This document shows positions 62,118 to 64,000 of a DNA stretch of 64,000 bases, one piece after another. Under the pieces are notes generated by a model. It worked only from the letters and a program-made list of their open reading frames with translations, was not told the DNA's origin and did not search any database. Every line of letters starts with the position of its first letter. The stretch's first letter is position 1. Where the stretch lies: NCBI RefSeq assembly GCF_048593235.1, contig NC_133619.1:431981644-432045643 (forward strand). The letters run 5' to 3'. Both the position numbers and the translations under genes were made by a program. The DNA is from Sminthopsis crassicaudata (lineage: Eukaryota).

Positions 62118-63033
62118 CCTACCAATTTTCAAATAATCTTAGAGAGTAGCTAGACTCAAGGGTAAACTAAATCCAGAGAGGGTTTCCTCAAATCCACAGG
62201 GCAATAAACATCAAGAGAGGGATGTTTAACAGTTATCCTTCAGCTAGACACATGGTGCCAATAATTTGCGAGGTAGAGCTACTTGGCTGGGATAATGTTG
62301 AATTATGATGTTATTCCATATAATATTTTTAGGTATCGTAGAGTAATAAAATAGAGAAGTGGATTGGGAGTCAAGGAAAGTGGATTTGACTTCTACTGCT
62401 TCATTTGTAGTTATGGGTGGGTGGGTCACTTGGATGTTCTGTGCTTCATTTTCCACATCTGCCAAATGGTGGAAGCTGTTCAAAGCTCTATTGGAGCTGT
62501 CAGGAATGAGCCAGAAATTCCACAGGCACAGTGGTCTGGCATCCACCACCAACCGGCATGTCACCAAGGCTATTCTAAAATAGTCTTACTATTTCATACT
62601 GCATTTACTCTTTAACTCACATTTTGGATTAATTGCAAGTGTATAAACTGGCAATACTGGCATAAGTTTTTTTGATATAATCTGTAGTAGCCAAGGCAGC
62701 ATATCCCCCAGTTATGTGGCTAATTATCTCACTAGTCATAATGTATGGTCAAATTGTCTTTTATTATATACTGATGATAGTGGCAGATGTTGTCATGAAT
62801 CACCCCCAACAAACCAAAACCTTCAGTTATGTCAAACAAAACTTCCTTTGCTTCTGCCATAAATTAAACATTGCTTTATTTACATTATCTTGGCTTGAAC
62901 CAAGATGAGTAGATACTGAGAAGCTTTTAAAAACATTTCCACATCCGAATTTGTCAAAAAATTTTGGCATGTTTTCTTGGAATTATTCCCCCTCAAATTC
63001 CCAATTGTTAATGTTTTAAAATTAACCATTTTC

Positions 63034-63293
63034 TTGTTGTTATTGTTGTGGAATCATTTCAGTCTAACTCTGTAACCCAGTTGAAGTTTTGTTGGCAAAA
63101 ATACTCAAGTGGTTTGCCATTTCCTTCTCCAGCTCATTTTACAGATGAGGAAACTGAGACAAATGGGAATCTGTGACTTTCCTAGGGTCACATAGCTGGT
63201 AAGTCTCTGGGGCCACATTTGAACTCAGGAAGATGAATTATTCTGACTCCAAGACTGGTTGGTACTTTATCCATTGCACCACCTAGCTACCCC
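63034..63293 (-). mobile_element. Full-length Mar1-type CORE-SINE
   Basis: ttgttgtt tail, agtggtttgccatttccttctccagctcattttacagatgaggaaactgag, atttgaactcaggaagatg, ccattgcaccacctagctacccc head. Confidence 0.92.
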
Positions 63294-64000
63294 AGAGCAT
63301 CTCAACTGTCATTTAAGCTATTTAAGTTCTAAGTTACATTAAGATTTTTGGGACAGTTTAGGGCCTGTTATCCAGGCAAGGTGCTAAGTAGTTGCCTATA
63401 ATTTCTGTGGTACCAGGAAGGATTTTTTTATCTTCTCAGACTCTCCCCCAGCTGCCTATTTATGCCTGAAATTCCACTAACAAGAATCAAAACCTGTTAT
63501 TCTATGCTAGAGATAGAAGGTAAAAATACATTTACCATTGGGGAGAAGGAAGATTTAAAATTCATAAGAAAATGTAAAAGCTATATAGCAGATGAGGTTG
63601 TTTTTGTTGGGGAGAGAGCATAAGGACACACCTACCAAAAAATGAGCAAACAAGCAGATTCAGACAGACTGGAACAGGTAAGTGCAGTTGTCTTCCTGCC
63701 CTATAGGTTGTGAGTGGGTTCAGTGTTGGAAAGGTGTGATTTTTTTTTAAGATGCTGTTTTGTGTGAACCAGAAGAATTGTTGAGTTTTTGCTATTTTGC
63801 AGTACTTCAAATTGTTAGTGGGTTACCAGTTTGAAGAAGTTGAAGTTAAGTAGGAATATAAGTGATTCTCAAGAATAGTAGTGTGTATACTCACCAAGTT
63901 GAGTGGTTTCTAGGGTAGCCCAAAGTCTATGGTTCATTTTGGGTCACAGGAAGTTTAGATCCTGAAGGAAATTGTTGTAGCAAATGAAAGGTAGTGTTAT

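Noticed and set aside
63642-63683. Perfect donor CAG|gtaagt at 63678 with upstream ATG (MSKQADSDRLEQ)
   Set aside because: The ATG frame ends in phase 0, but the next ZNF385B exon needs phase 1. The nearest acceptor (63439) gives an early stop, so there is no coherent model.
45046-64000. Search for the next ZNF385B exon (expected ...EEEKAKKLLYCSLCKVAVNS...)
   Set aside because: Not found by eye; it probably lies downstream of the window.
1-64000. Endogenous viral elements, retrocopies, snoRNA/snRNA/rRNA genes
   Set aside because: No ORF or motif resembling viral proteins, known mRNAs or these RNAs was recognisable by eye. A TBLASTN/Rfam scan would be needed to exclude them fully.

Overview
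This is AT-rich, CpG-depleted marsupial genomic DNA, most likely a dasyurid such as the Tasmanian devil. That assignment rests on WSINE1/Mar1-type CORE-SINEs and the L1 3' ends. The window lies inside the large gene ZNF385B (+ strand). Two canonical coding exons are present: 20858-20968 ([37 protein letters not shown]) and 44883-45045 (SQAEAHYKGSKHAKKVKALEASK...SDKS). Together they encode one matrin-type C2H2 zinc finger split across a 23.9-kb intron. I did not find the flanking ZNF385B exons in the window. The rest is intron filled with L2, L3/CR1, L1, MIR/Mar1/WSINE1 SINEs, hAT-Charlie-type DNA elements, microsatellites and a 131-N assembly gap. Nearly all ORFs in the supplied track are chance ORFs or decayed LINE fragments. 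I see no evidence for a wholly new multi-gene system. The best leads are (1) a 427-bp TG...CA-bounded fold-back element at 22768-23194, with 32-bp and 18-bp perfect inverted arms around a six-unit 34-bp array; (2) a candidate internal TATA promoter and first exon at about 44041-44245 that would splice in frame (MTSLKSS) onto the zinc-finger exon; (3) candidate unannotated cassette or poison exons at 13716-13775, 16541-16579, 33143-33174 and 44115-44239; and (4) several template-switch palindromes and motif clusters. These leads are sequence-based hypotheses that need RNA-seq or alignment tests. Repeat boundaries and family names are by eye and approximate.
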